The notes under the pieces were generated by a model. It had not been told where the DNA came from. It worked only from the letters and a program-made list of their open reading frames with translations, and did no database searches. Made by a program: the position numbers and the translations under genes. From assembly GCA_024696825.1 (NCBI GenBank), contig JAILGL010000004.1:23433-87432 (forward strand): a DNA stretch of 64,000 nt, given 5' to 3'. Each line of letters starts with the position of its first letter. Position 1 is the stretch's first letter. The DNA is from Lachnospiraceae bacterium (GTDB taxonomy: Bacteria > Bacillota > Clostridia > Lachnospirales > Lachnospiraceae). Below, piece by piece: positions 18,427 through 28,854 of the stretch.

Positions 18427-19086
18427 ATGTCAAAGGAAATCAAAGTAGTAAAACAGGTTATGGAATGGAATGACGACGTTAGTGATAAGATTAAAAAATT
18501 AACTTCTGAAAAGAAGGTTTGTATAGTTAATGTTATGGGATCACCAGGAGCGGGTAAGACCAGTTTTATTACACGACTTATAGAAGAATTAAAGGATGAA
18601 TATAAGATTGGTGTAATTGAAGGTGATATAACAGATACCATAGATGCAGAAAAGATAGATAAACTTGGGATCCCAGTTGTACAGCTTCAGACTAATGGAG
18701 CATGTCATATAGAGGCTATGAGTATAGAGCATATTTTACCTATGTTTGATTTGGATAATATAGATATTCTTTTCGTAGAGAATATAGGTAATCTCGTATG
18801 TCCTGCTGAGTTTAACATAGGAGAGAATTTTAGAGTTGCGCTTTTAAGTGTTCCTGAGGGAGATGATAAGGTTGCAAAGTATCCTCTTATGTTTGCTACT
18901 TCAGACAGTTTAATTATGCACAAGTACGATATGAAGGAGTACTTTGATTTTGACGATATGAGAGTTGAGAATGATACCCTGGATCGTAATCCAAAATCAA
19001 AGGTATTTAGATTATCCTCCAGAACAAATGAAGGATATGAAGAGTTTATTTCATGGTTTAAGGATAAGGTTAACGAATCATTATGA
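18427..19086 (+). CDS. hypB: HypB-type G3E GTPase (hydrogenase/Ni-enzyme maturation nickel metallochaperone)
   Basis: P-loop GSPGAGKTS, metal ligands NGACHIEA and [12 protein letters not shown], NKxD-like HKYD. ATG 18427 lies 5 nt after GGAGG. There is no His-rich or CxxCGC N-terminus. Confidence 0.8.
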   Translation: MSKEIKVVKQVMEWNDDVSDKIKKLTSEKKVCIVNVMGSPGAGKTSFITRLIEELKDEYKIGVIEGDITDTIDAEKIDKLGIPVVQLQTNGACHIEAMSIEHILPMFDLDNIDILFVENIGNLVCPAEFNIGENFRVALLSVPEGDDKVAKYPLMFATSDSLIMHKYDMKEYFDFDDMRVENDTLDRNPKSKVFRLSSRTNEGYEEFISWFKDKVNESL

Positions 19087-21926
19087 AGAAATTTATCAAG
19101 ATAAAGGGTGCCAATGAAAACAATCTGAAAAACATTGACATCGAGATACCAAGAGACGAATTTGTAGTACTTACGGGCTTAAGTGGTTCCGGTAAGTCAA
19201 GTCTTGCATTTGATACCATATATGCAGAAGGACAGAGAAGATATATGGAATCTTTATCTTCCTATGCAAGACAGTTCCTTGGTCAGATGGAAAAGCCTGA
19301 TGTAGAAAGCATCGAGGGACTTCCACCAGCTATAAGTATAGATCAGAAATCCACTAATCATAACCCTCGTTCTACAGTTGGTACAGTAACTGAGATTTAT
19401 GATTATTTCAGACTTCTTTACGCAAGGGCCGGTACAGTGCACTGCCCTAATTGTGGTAAAGTGATTAAAAAGAACACCGTAGATATGATTACGGATGATA
19501 TATTGGAGCTGGGAGAAGGAGTTCGTTTTTCAGTGCTTGCTCCTATAGTTCGTGGCCGTAAAGGCGAGCATACAAAGGTTTTTGAAAGTGCTGCTAAGGC
19601 AGGATATGTGCGTGCTGTAGTAGACGGAGAGGTTTACGAGCTTAGTGAAGAGATAAAGCTTGAGAAGAATAAAAAGCATAATATTGATATAATGATTGAC
19701 CGTCTGATAATTCGTGATAATGTGCGTACCAGACTGGTTGATTCATTGGAGACCGCTTTAAAGCTTGGTAATGGAATAGTAAAAATAGAAATTAAGGATG
19801 GAGAGACTTTAAGCTTTAGCCAGAATTTCGCCTGTCCTGACTGTGGTATAAGCATAGATGAGATTGAGCCTAGAAGCTTTTCCTTCAATAATCCATTTGG
19901 TGCCTGTCCGGAGTGTGCCGGTATAGGTATAAAGATGGAGTTTGATCCAAGGCTTATAATTCCGGATGAAAGTCTTAGTATATCAGAAGGGGCCATAGTA
20001 GTACCGGGATGGCAGTCATCTACCAATCCTAAAAGCTTTACAGGTTCAGTTCTTACTGCACTTGCAGAGAAGTATAAATTTAGTCTGGATACACCTTTTG
20101 AAAAGCTCACTCCTAAGGTTAAGAAGATATTGTTTTATGGAACAGATGGAAAGTCTGTAAAGGTATATTATAAGGGACAGCGAGGCGAAGGTGTTTACGA
20201 TATTGTATTTGAGGGTATTTTAGAAAACGTGAGAAGACGTTATAGAGAAATAGCCTCAGAGAATATGAAAAAAGAATATGAGAACTATATGGAAATTACA
20301 CCATGTAGCTGCTGTAATGGTAAAAGATTAAAGCCTGCAGCTCTTGCTGTTACCATCGGTGATAAGAATATATCAGAAATTACCGAGATGCCTGTAAAGG
20401 ATTTAAGATTGTTTATGGATGAATTAGAGCTTCCTAAAACACAGGCTATGATTGCAAGAATGATCCTTAAAGAAATAAGAGCAAGACTTAAGTTCTTAGT
20501 GGAGGTAGGTCTTGATTATCTTACACTTGCAAGAGCTACAAGCTCTCTTTCAGGTGGAGAGGCTCAGAGAATTCGTCTTGCAACACAGATTGGTTCAGGT
20601 CTTGTAGGAGTTGCATATATTTTGGATGAGCCAAGTATAGGACTTCACCAGAGAGATAATGATAAGCTTATAAAAGCTCTTAAAAGATTAAGAGATATAG
20701 GTAATACCCTTGTAGTAGTTGAGCATGATGAAGATACCATGTTTGCTGCAGATTATATAGTTGATATAGGACCTAAGGCAGGAGAAAACGGTGGTGAGGT
20801 AGTTGCAGTTGGAACTGCAGAGGATATTATTAACTGCAAGGAATCAATTACCGGTAAGTACTTAAGCGGAGAGAAGTTTATAGAGGTTCCTGAGGTTAGA
20901 AGAAAGCCTGCAGGATGGCTTACAGTAAAGGGAGCTAAAGAGAATAATCTTAAGAATATTAATGTGAAATTCCCTCTTGGAATTATGACCTGTGTTACCG
21001 GTGTATCAGGTTCCGGTAAGAGTTCTCTTGTAAATGAGATTTTATATAAGAGCCTTGCAAAGAAGCTTAATCACGCACATAAGGTTCCGGGCCTTCATAA
21101 GAAAATAGAAGGATGGGAAAGCTTAGATAAGATTATAAATATTGATCAGTCACCTATTGGAAGAACTCCAAGATCTAATCCTGCTACCTATACAGGTATG
21201 TTTGACATGATTAGAGATTTATTTGCAGCCACTCCGGATGCTAAGGCCAGAGGCTATAAGAAGGGCCGTTTTAGCTTTAACGTAAAGGGTGGAAGATGTG
21301 AGAATTGTTCCGGTGACGGTATTATAAAGATTGAGATGAACTTCCTTCCTGATGTATATGTTCCTTGCGAGGAATGTGGAGGAAAGAGATATAACAGAGA
21401 GACCTTGGATATTAAATATAAGGGTAAAACCATAGCTGAGGTTTTGGATATGACAGTGGAAGAAGCACTTCCTTTCTTCGAGCCTGTTAAAACCATATGG
21501 AATAAGATTAAAACCTTATATGATGTTGGTCTTTCCTATATAAAGCTTGGTCAGCCTGCTACGACTCTTTCAGGTGGTGAAGCACAGAGAGTTAAGCTTG
21601 CCACAGAGCTTAGTAGAAAGAGTACAGGTAAGACAATTTACTTATTGGACGAGCCTACTACAGGCTTACATTTTGATGATGTTAACAAGCTTATAAAGAT
21701 ACTTAGAAAGCTTTCAGAGGGTGGTAATACAGTTATAGTTATAGAGCATAATCTGGATGTTATAAAAACTGCCGATTATATTATCGACATGGGACCTGAA
21801 GGTGGAGACGGCGGTGGAACAGTTATAGCTAAGGGAACACCCGAGGCTGTTGCAAAGGACCCTAACTCCTTCACAGGTATGTATCTTAAGGATAAGCTTA
21901 AGAAGAAAAAAGTTAAGAAGAAGTAG
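19083..21926 (+). CDS. uvrA: Excinuclease ABC subunit A
   Basis: 947 aa. N-terminus [49 protein letters not shown]. Two ABC modules ([12 protein letters not shown] and [12 protein letters not shown]) plus Zn-finger Cys pairs. The ATG overlaps the hypB stop (ATGA). Confidence 0.97.
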   Translation: MKKFIKIKGANENNLKNIDIEIPRDEFVVLTGLSGSGKSSLAFDTIYAEGQRRYMESLSSYARQFLGQMEKPDVESIEGLPPAISIDQKSTNHNPRSTVGTVTEIYDYFRLLYARAGTVHCPNCGKVIKKNTVDMITDDILELGEGVRFSVLAPIVRGRKGEHTKVFESAAKAGYVRAVVDGEVYELSEEIKLEKNKKHNIDIMIDRLIIRDNVRTRLVDSLETALKLGNGIVKIEIKDGETLSFSQNFACPDCGISIDEIEPRSFSFNNPFGACPECAGIGIKMEFDPRLIIPDESLSISEGAIVVPGWQSSTNPKSFTGSVLTALAEKYKFSLDTPFEKLTPKVKKILFYGTDGKSVKVYYKGQRGEGVYDIVFEGILENVRRRYREIASENMKKEYENYMEITPCSCCNGKRLKPAALAVTIGDKNISEITEMPVKDLRLFMDELELPKTQAMIARMILKEIRARLKFLVEVGLDYLTLARATSSLSGGEAQRIRLATQIGSGLVGVAYILDEPSIGLHQRDNDKLIKALKRLRDIGNTLVVVEHDEDTMFAADYIVDIGPKAGENGGEVVAVGTAEDIINCKESITGKYLSGEKFIEVPEVRRKPAGWLTVKGAKENNLKNINVKFPLGIMTCVTGVSGSGKSSLVNEILYKSLAKKLNHAHKVPGLHKKIEGWESLDKIINIDQSPIGRTPRSNPATYTGMFDMIRDLFAATPDAKARGYKKGRFSFNVKGGRCENCSGDGIIKIEMNFLPDVYVPCEECGGKRYNRETLDIKYKGKTIAEVLDMTVEEALPFFEPVKTIWNKIKTLYDVGLSYIKLGQPATTLSGGEAQRVKLATELSRKSTGKTIYLLDEPTTGLHFDDVNKLIKILRKLSEGGNTVIVIEHNLDVIKTADYIIDMGPEGGDGGGTVIAKGTPEAVAKDPNSFTGMYLKDKLKKKKVKKK

Positions 21927-21939
21927 AGAGGTGAGAGAC

Positions 21940-22521
21940 ATGAAAAATCATTCGTTTTTTGCCATGACTTCAAGAATGAAATATATCGAGAGATGGGCCC
22001 TTATGCGTAACTCCATAAAGGAGAACATAAGTGAGCATTCCTTAGAAGTAGCCATGATAAGTTTTGCTCTTGCAAGTATTGGTAATAAAAGGCTTGGAAA
22101 GGAATACGATTCCGAGCATATAGCTATGATAGCCATGTATCATGATTGTACTGAGATTATAACAGGAGATATGCCAACACCTGTTAAGTATGAGAATGAA
22201 GACATGAAGGAACAGTATAAAAAGATAGAAAGGATGGCAGCCTATAGAATGCTTCAGAAGCTTCCTGCTGATTTAAGGGAGGTTTATGAAGAGATAATTA
22301 TTCCTAAAAATGCTAAAAAAGAGGATTTAATTATAGTAAAAGCTGCTGACAAGCTGTCTGCTTATATAAAGTGTTTAGAAGAAGAAAATAATGGTAATTC
22401 TGAATTTAAAACAGCTAAGGAGGCAACTCTTAAGGCAATTGAAAAATTAAACTGTGAAGAGGCTAATATTTTTCTTGAGGAGTTTATCCCACCTTACTGT
22501 CTTACTTTGGATGAATTATAA
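21940..22521 (+). CDS. HD-domain 5'-deoxynucleotidase (YfbR-like)
   Basis: MKYIERWALMRN...ENISEHSLEVAM...YHDCTEIITGD (H..HD..D). ATG 21940 follows GAGAGGTGAG. The track ORF start (21850) lies inside uvrA. Confidence 0.8.
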   Translation: MKNHSFFAMTSRMKYIERWALMRNSIKENISEHSLEVAMISFALASIGNKRLGKEYDSEHIAMIAMYHDCTEIITGDMPTPVKYENEDMKEQYKKIERMAAYRMLQKLPADLREVYEEIIIPKNAKKEDLIIVKAADKLSAYIKCLEEENNGNSEFKTAKEATLKAIEKLNCEEANIFLEEFIPPYCLTLDEL

Positions 22522-22625
22522 GAAGTATTAGAATTACCGGAATTAATGAGTTATTGAATTGTTGAAATTCAAGTATTTAAGAGTTTAAGGTTTTAAGTTT
22601 TAAAGAAAGTGCACTAAAAATTAAA

Positions 22626-23408
22626 ATGGAAGATGTAATAGAATATGAAATCTATGACGAATTCGCTGAAGTATATGATGAATTAATGGATAATATCGAG
22701 TACGATAAATGGACTGATTATATTGAAGAGCTTCTTAAAGGTCAGGGAGTTAATGGGGGAATAATCCTTGACATGGCTTGTGGTACAGGGGAGATCACCA
22801 TAAGGCTTGCTAAAAAGGGCTACGACATGATGGGACTTGATATATCTGAAAATATGCTTTTAAAGGCGAGGGAGAAGGATGGCAGCATTCTTTATCTTAA
22901 TCAGGATATGAGAGACATGGAATTATATGGTACTGTTGCAGGTGCCATATGTATATGTGATGGAATGAATTATCTTACAGACAGGGATGACTTTGTGAAG
23001 GTAATACGTAATATTAATAATTACTTAGATCCATCAGCACCTTTTATATTTGATTATAAGACAGAATACTTTTATGAAAATGTTTTGGGTAACAGAACCA
23101 TAGTTGAAGACAGAGATGATGTCACTATGCTTTGGTATAATGAATATCAAAAGGCTAAGGGGATTAATAAATACATAGTTACGACCTTTAGAGAGCTTGA
23201 AAATGGCGATTATAGGCGTAGTGATGAGCTTCATGAGCAGAAAACATTTACATTATCCGAGATAAAGGGTATTATAGATGAAGGTGGAATGGAATTTGTA
23301 GATGCCTATGATGCCTTTACTAATAAGCCTGTTACTGAGAAAACTGAGAGGATGTATATCATCGCCAGAGAAAAGTATCAGGAAGGTAAATACTATAAAA
23401 AAGATTAA
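22626..23408 (+). CDS. Class I SAM-dependent methyltransferase
   Basis: 260 aa with motif I ILDMACGTGE and GLDISENML. Substrate unknown. Confidence 0.75.
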   Translation: MEDVIEYEIYDEFAEVYDELMDNIEYDKWTDYIEELLKGQGVNGGIILDMACGTGEITIRLAKKGYDMMGLDISENMLLKAREKDGSILYLNQDMRDMELYGTVAGAICICDGMNYLTDRDDFVKVIRNINNYLDPSAPFIFDYKTEYFYENVLGNRTIVEDRDDVTMLWYNEYQKAKGINKYIVTTFRELENGDYRRSDELHEQKTFTLSEIKGIIDEGGMEFVDAYDAFTNKPVTEKTERMYIIAREKYQEGKYYKKD

Positions 23409-23458
23409 TATTAATAATGCATAGCTAAAAAAGTATTATGTATTAGCTTGGAGGATTA

Positions 23459-25804
23459 ATGTCTTATTTAAAAAATAAAAGGATTTTAGGAATAGCGGCT
23501 GCGACTATTGGAATGATAATTTTAATAACCATTATCATTAACAGCAGAACCAGATTAAATGCTACTATTCCGGGAGAAGTAATAGCAGAGAATGGTACAA
23601 AGGTTTATAAAAAGGCAAGTACCGATTCTAAGAAATTAAAAAAAGATAAAAAGGATATAACTCTTGTAAAGGGTACAACCATAAGCATTATCGAAGAAAA
23701 GGAAGGCTTTTATTATATAAGCTTTACTGTTGAAGGTGATGTTTATAAGGGTTATGCACCTAAGAATAATATTAAAGAGCTTAATAGCGGTGAAAGTAGT
23801 GTCTCTGACAGCACTATGGCAGTAGGCGGAGATATTTCTGATGTAACCCTGGTCTATACATTGCCTTCATCTGAGGGAAGTGTAACCATAAACAAGGATT
23901 TGAATCAGGAGGTTGTACTTAAAGAGGGCGACAGTATAAATATTATCTCTGCGACCTATTATATGGGAGTTAAGTGGTATAAGATTGTTTATGCCAATGC
24001 CGGTAATCCTATATCAGGATATATTCCTGCAAGATTTGTAAATGTAAGGCTTGATGCCAATGCATCTGCATCTATCTATACTAATGGATTTGCAATTGTA
24101 GAAACAGAGCCTGGTACAGGTATATTCTTAACTGTTGAAGATGATGCTTTAGAGCTTAAGCATGAAACAGAGGTTGAGATAATAGAAAGTGAAGTAGTTA
24201 ACGAATACAGATATGACAAAATCAGAGTGGAAATTGAAGGTAACGAATATACGGGTTATGTTGCCGATGATATGATTAAAATTGATAAGATTCCACTTAA
24301 TTTAGATGATAACCCTACAAATGGTGATGAGTTTGGAAGTGCCGAGGAAGAGGTGGCTCCAAGAAAGACACCTAAGAAAAAAGCTAAAAAGGTTAAGAGG
24401 ATGAATAAGAAAAATAAGCATAAGCCTCTTACCAATATTGCTTTTAGAAATAAGCTTAAGAGAGAGGGATTCCCGGATTCATATATTGAGCCATTGGTTC
24501 AGATACATGAACAATATCCATATTGGGAATTTGAAGCTTTTAATACAGGACTTGATTTTAATGATGTAGTTGCAGCTGAGTCCAAGATTGGACTGAACCT
24601 TGTAACTAATGATAAGCCGGATACCTGGAAATCAAAGGCTGAAGGCGCTTACAATCAAAAGACCAAGACATATATACCATACGATGGTGGTAAGTGGGTT
24701 AATGTTAATGAGACTGTTCTTAGATATTATCTTGATCCAAGAAACTTCCTTAACAGCACTCAGATTTTCCAGTTTGAAAATCTTTCTTATCAGTCTGCTA
24801 CACAGAATGTTCATGGTATAGAGAATATGTTAAAGGGTACTCCTATGTACCAGACTTCATTTAATTATAAAGAAGGTGGAAAGAATAAAACCATATCATA
24901 TGGAAGAACCTTCTTAGATGCTGCTAAGAAGTCAGGCGTAAGTCCATATCATCTTGTGGCCAGAGTTAAGCAGGAGGTTGTTACCTCGCCTGTTTCCTTT
25001 AGTAGTTCAGTTTCAAATACTTCAGGATATTATAACTTCTATAATATCGGTGCAAGTAACAGTAATGTTCCTGGTGGAGCCATTTCGAAGGGACTTGCAT
25101 TTGCAGCAGGTAGTGATGGTTACTTCAGACCTTGGAATAACAGATATAGAGCCATTGTCGGTGGTGGTATGTTCATAGGACAAAACTATATTAACGTAGG
25201 ACAGGATACACTTTATCTTCAGAAGTTTAATGTTACAGATACTGCAACCTATGGTCATCAGTATATGGGTAATATAGAAGCTCCTGCAAGTGAAGCTGTT
25301 AAGACTGTTTCAGCCTATGGTGGATCTATGAGAAATATGAATATAGTATTTAGTATTCCTGTTTATAGCAATATGCCAATCGGTAAGTGTCCTGCACCTA
25401 AGGGTGGTACAACCTACGGAAGTGTTCAGGTTTCAGTTTCTGGTAATACTTATTCAGGAGCAAGTTCTAATAATGATTTAAATAAGATTATTATAAGTGC
25501 CGGCGGTAAAAAGAATACATTTACCTTATCTGAAAACTCTAAGAGAACCTATAGAATTAAGGTTGAAGCAAATACTAAGTATGCAAGACTTAATGCGAAG
25601 GCTGCAAGTAGTACAGCCACTGTTAGTGGAACAGGAAGAAAGCGGTTATCTGCAAAGAAGAATATATTCTATATAAGCTGTAAGAGTGAAAGTGGAAGTG
25701 TTAAGAAATATAAGATTATAATTATCAAGAAAACACAAACCGGCACTAACAGTAATAAAAAGCCAAGTAGTGCCTCTACCAGGGGAAGTGTTTCGGTTGA
25801 ATAG
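23459..25804 (+). CDS. Membrane-anchored cell-wall hydrolase: SH3-like repeats + glucosaminidase-like domain + cadherin-like beta-sandwich
   Basis: 781 aa. N-terminal TM ILGIAAATIGMIILITIIIN. Repeated SH3b-like units (...YKGYAPKNNI, ...ISGYIPARFV, ...YTGYVADDMI). A Lys-rich linker follows, then a region with GVSPYHLVARVKQE and TLYLQKFNV resembling clostridial N-acetylglucosaminidases. The C-terminal LNKIIISAGG...YRIKV segment is cadherin-like. Confidence 0.7.
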   Translation: MSYLKNKRILGIAAATIGMIILITIIINSRTRLNATIPGEVIAENGTKVYKKASTDSKKLKKDKKDITLVKGTTISIIEEKEGFYYISFTVEGDVYKGYAPKNNIKELNSGESSVSDSTMAVGGDISDVTLVYTLPSSEGSVTINKDLNQEVVLKEGDSINIISATYYMGVKWYKIVYANAGNPISGYIPARFVNVRLDANASASIYTNGFAIVETEPGTGIFLTVEDDALELKHETEVEIIESEVVNEYRYDKIRVEIEGNEYTGYVADDMIKIDKIPLNLDDNPTNGDEFGSAEEEVAPRKTPKKKAKKVKRMNKKNKHKPLTNIAFRNKLKREGFPDSYIEPLVQIHEQYPYWEFEAFNTGLDFNDVVAAESKIGLNLVTNDKPDTWKSKAEGAYNQKTKTYIPYDGGKWVNVNETVLRYYLDPRNFLNSTQIFQFENLSYQSATQNVHGIENMLKGTPMYQTSFNYKEGGKNKTISYGRTFLDAAKKSGVSPYHLVARVKQEVVTSPVSFSSSVSNTSGYYNFYNIGASNSNVPGGAISKGLAFAAGSDGYFRPWNNRYRAIVGGGMFIGQNYINVGQDTLYLQKFNVTDTATYGHQYMGNIEAPASEAVKTVSAYGGSMRNMNIVFSIPVYSNMPIGKCPAPKGGTTYGSVQVSVSGNTYSGASSNNDLNKIIISAGGKKNTFTLSENSKRTYRIKVEANTKYARLNAKAASSTATVSGTGRKRLSAKKNIFYISCKSESGSVKKYKIIIIKKTQTGTNSNKKPSSASTRGSVSVE

Positions 25805-25856
25805 AATATAAAGTTTAAGGATAAATTATAATATATAGGCGATTGAAAGGGCGATT

Positions 25857-28340
25857 ATGAATTTTGTAAAACCATATAATCCCGAACTGTTTACAGAAGA
25901 TGCAATTATGGTACTTAATAAGGCTATGGCTATAGCTGATTACTATGGAAAGAGCGAGCTTTCTACAGAGTATATTGTTATAGCGCTGGTTGAAAGTGAG
26001 GGAGTTGCTTCTGAAATTTGTAAGGAATTAAAGGTTAGTTCGGAAAAACTTAGATTTAATCTTGAAAATAAATTTTTAACAAATAAAGATGGAGAATACT
26101 ATGTAAGCTCTACCTCTTATGAAACTATGGGAATTACTCCTAAGGCAGAGGCGAGACTTGACGATGCTGTTAAGTTAGCTAAAAAGAGCGGAGCTATGAA
26201 GGCTGGAACAGAGCATTTGCTTATGTCTATTATGGACGAGCCTTCCTGCCTTGGATGTGTTCTGCTTAGAAGTTTAGATGATGTAGATTATGTAAACTTT
26301 AGAGATACAGTAAAAGAGACCTTAAAGGTAGCTGAATTAAACTATACTGATAAGTTTTCTTCAAATAGTAAATATAGTTCAGATGATAAAAAAAGTGCAT
26401 TAAATAATTTTACTATAGACCTTACTAAGAGAGCAGAAAGAGGAGAGCTTGAAAAGTGTATAGGCAGGGAAACTGAGATGGATAGAGTCTTCCAAATTTT
26501 ATCCAGACGTACTAAGAATAATCCTTGTCTTATAGGTGATCCAGGTGTTGGTAAAACAGCCATAGTCGAGGGTTTGGCTTATAGGATTGCTACTAAGAAT
26601 GTTCCTCAGAATCTGGCTAATAAAAGAATCCTTTCTCTGGATATAACTGCAGTGGTTGCAGGAACCAAGTACAGGGGAGATTTTGAAAACAGAATGAAGC
26701 AGATTCTTAACGAGATTAAGAGAGAAGAGAATATAATTCTTTTTATTGATGAGCTTCACATGATTATGGGTGCAGGTGGTTCCGATGGCGCAAGTGATGC
26801 CGCTAATATTATAAAGCCTGCTCTTGCCAGAGGTGATGTGCAGATTATAGCTGCTACCACTAATGATGACTATAAGAAGAGCATTGAGAAAGACAGTGCT
26901 TTGGAGAGAAGATTCCAGACTGTATTAGTAGAAGAGCCTGGTACTACAGAAACCATAGCTATGCTTAGAGGTATAGTGGGTGACTATGAGAAGTATCATG
27001 GTCTTGTTATAGATAATGAGGCTGTTAATGCAGCAGTTAATCTTTCTGAAAGATATGTTAACGACAGGTTTTTACCTGATAAGGCTATTGATGCTTTAGA
27101 TGAGGCCTGTTCCAGAGTTAGATTTAAGGGTGCCTTTACTGATAATGATTTATCAGAGCTTAAGGAGAAGTATAAAAACCTTGAAGAAGAAAAGGAAAAG
27201 GCTATATTTGAAGGAAGATTTGACTATGCTTCTGCTGTTAATAAGGAGCAGGAACTTATTAATGTGGTGATTAATAAGAAAATGAACAGCATAGGACCCG
27301 ATGGTTCAGGTGAAAAACTTCATGTTACTGCTGAAGATGTGGCAGATATAATTAGTGAGTGGACTCATGTTCCTGTTAAAAAGGTGAAGGAAAGGGAGAA
27401 TGAGAGACTTAAGAATTTAGAGGATATTCTCCATGAAAGAGTAGTAGGCCAGGATGAAGCAGTAGCTGCAGTAGCTAAGGCTGTAAGACGTGGAAGAACG
27501 GGATTAAAGGATCCTAATAAGCCTATTGGTTCATTCCTTTTCTTAGGTCCTACAGGTGTAGGTAAAACAGAGCTTTCAAAGGTGCTTGCTGATGCGGTAT
27601 TTGGAGACAGAAATAATATAATCAGAGTCGATATGTCTGAATATATGGAGAAACATAGTGTATCTAAGTTTATAGGTTCACCTCCGGGATATGTTGGTTA
27701 TGATGAGGGCGGACAGCTTTCAGAAAAAATAAGAAAGCATCCATATTCAGTAGTGCTTTTTGATGAGATTGAAAAGGCTCATCCTGATGTATTTAATATG
27801 CTTCTTCAGATTTTGGATGAAGGTCATGTTACGGATTCACAGGGTAGAAAGGTAAGCTTTAAGAATACCATTCTTATTATGACTTCTAATGCCGGCGCTC
27901 AGAGAATAGTGGCTCCAAAGCTGCTTGGATTTGGTGCTAAAAAGGATGAAGAAACTGATTATAATCATATGAAGGAATCTGTTATGGAAGAGGTTAAGAA
28001 TATTTTTAAACCTGAGTTCATTAACAGAATAGATGATATAATCGTATTCCATATGCTTAATATGGATAATGTGAAGGATATAGTAAGGATTATGCTTAAG
28101 GAGCTTAAGGAAAGAGTCAGTGCTCAGATAGGACTTGAACTTGAGTTTTCAGATAAGGCAGTTGAGCTAATTGCTAAGGCTGGATTTGATGATACCTATG
28201 GTGCCAGACCTGTTAAGCGTGAGATTGTCACAAAGGTTGAAGATGTCCTTGCCGAAAAGCTTGTGGAACAGTCCATAAATGCTGATTCTACGGTTTTTGT
28301 AGATGCTGATGAAAAAGAATTAATATTTAACACAAAATAG
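25857..28340 (+). CDS. clpC: ATP-dependent Clp protease ATP-binding subunit ClpC
   Basis: 827 aa. Double Clp_N repeat, two AAA+ modules ([17 protein letters not shown] and [20 protein letters not shown]), UVR-like middle domain and a ClpP-docking LGF loop. Confidence 0.93.
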   Translation: MNFVKPYNPELFTEDAIMVLNKAMAIADYYGKSELSTEYIVIALVESEGVASEICKELKVSSEKLRFNLENKFLTNKDGEYYVSSTSYETMGITPKAEARLDDAVKLAKKSGAMKAGTEHLLMSIMDEPSCLGCVLLRSLDDVDYVNFRDTVKETLKVAELNYTDKFSSNSKYSSDDKKSALNNFTIDLTKRAERGELEKCIGRETEMDRVFQILSRRTKNNPCLIGDPGVGKTAIVEGLAYRIATKNVPQNLANKRILSLDITAVVAGTKYRGDFENRMKQILNEIKREENIILFIDELHMIMGAGGSDGASDAANIIKPALARGDVQIIAATTNDDYKKSIEKDSALERRFQTVLVEEPGTTETIAMLRGIVGDYEKYHGLVIDNEAVNAAVNLSERYVNDRFLPDKAIDALDEACSRVRFKGAFTDNDLSELKEKYKNLEEEKEKAIFEGRFDYASAVNKEQELINVVINKKMNSIGPDGSGEKLHVTAEDVADIISEWTHVPVKKVKERENERLKNLEDILHERVVGQDEAVAAVAKAVRRGRTGLKDPNKPIGSFLFLGPTGVGKTELSKVLADAVFGDRNNIIRVDMSEYMEKHSVSKFIGSPPGYVGYDEGGQLSEKIRKHPYSVVLFDEIEKAHPDVFNMLLQILDEGHVTDSQGRKVSFKNTILIMTSNAGAQRIVAPKLLGFGAKKDEETDYNHMKESVMEEVKNIFKPEFINRIDDIIVFHMLNMDNVKDIVRIMLKELKERVSAQIGLELEFSDKAVELIAKAGFDDTYGARPVKREIVTKVEDVLAEKLVEQSINADSTVFVDADEKELIFNTK

Positions 28341-28437
28341 TAGAAATAAAATATTTTTTATGCTATTCTAAGGGTAGTATTTAAGTCTTGATAATACAAC
28401 GACAGTTTTATTATATTTTAAGGAGGATTTTTTAAAA

Positions 28438-28851
28438 ATGGCTGTAGTAGAAGAGTTAATCCGTAAGGAGGCGGATGGAACACTTAGTTTTGGTAATTAT
28501 TTACTTGGAGAGAAGAAGAAGTTATCTGATTTTGAGTACGAGGGAGATCTTTACAAGGTTAAGACTTTTTATGAGATAACTAAGCTTGAGAAGAATGGTT
28601 TATTTGTATATGAATCAGTTCCAGGTACAAGCGTTAACTGCTTTAAGGCTGATGACACTAGTGTTTCATTTTGTGTAGAGGGAAAAGGTGATTCATCTAT
28701 TACATTGGAACTTGAACCTGATGAGAGTTACAAGATTTTTGTAAATGATAATGAGGTTGGAGAGATGAAGGCTAATCTTGGCGGAAAGATTACTATCAGT
28801 GCTGAGATTAATGAAGGTCAGGCAACAAAGATAAAGGTAGAGAAAATATAA
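28438..28851 (+). CDS. Hypothetical 137-aa protein (predicted beta-rich, no recognised motif)
   Basis: ORF with AGGAGG 11 nt upstream. Its stop lies 3 nt before the radA ATG. I recognise no family signature. Confidence 0.6.
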   Translation: MAVVEELIRKEADGTLSFGNYLLGEKKKLSDFEYEGDLYKVKTFYEITKLEKNGLFVYESVPGTSVNCFKADDTSVSFCVEGKGDSSITLELEPDESYKIFVNDNEVGEMKANLGGKITISAEINEGQATKIKVEKI

Positions 28852-28854
28852 GAG

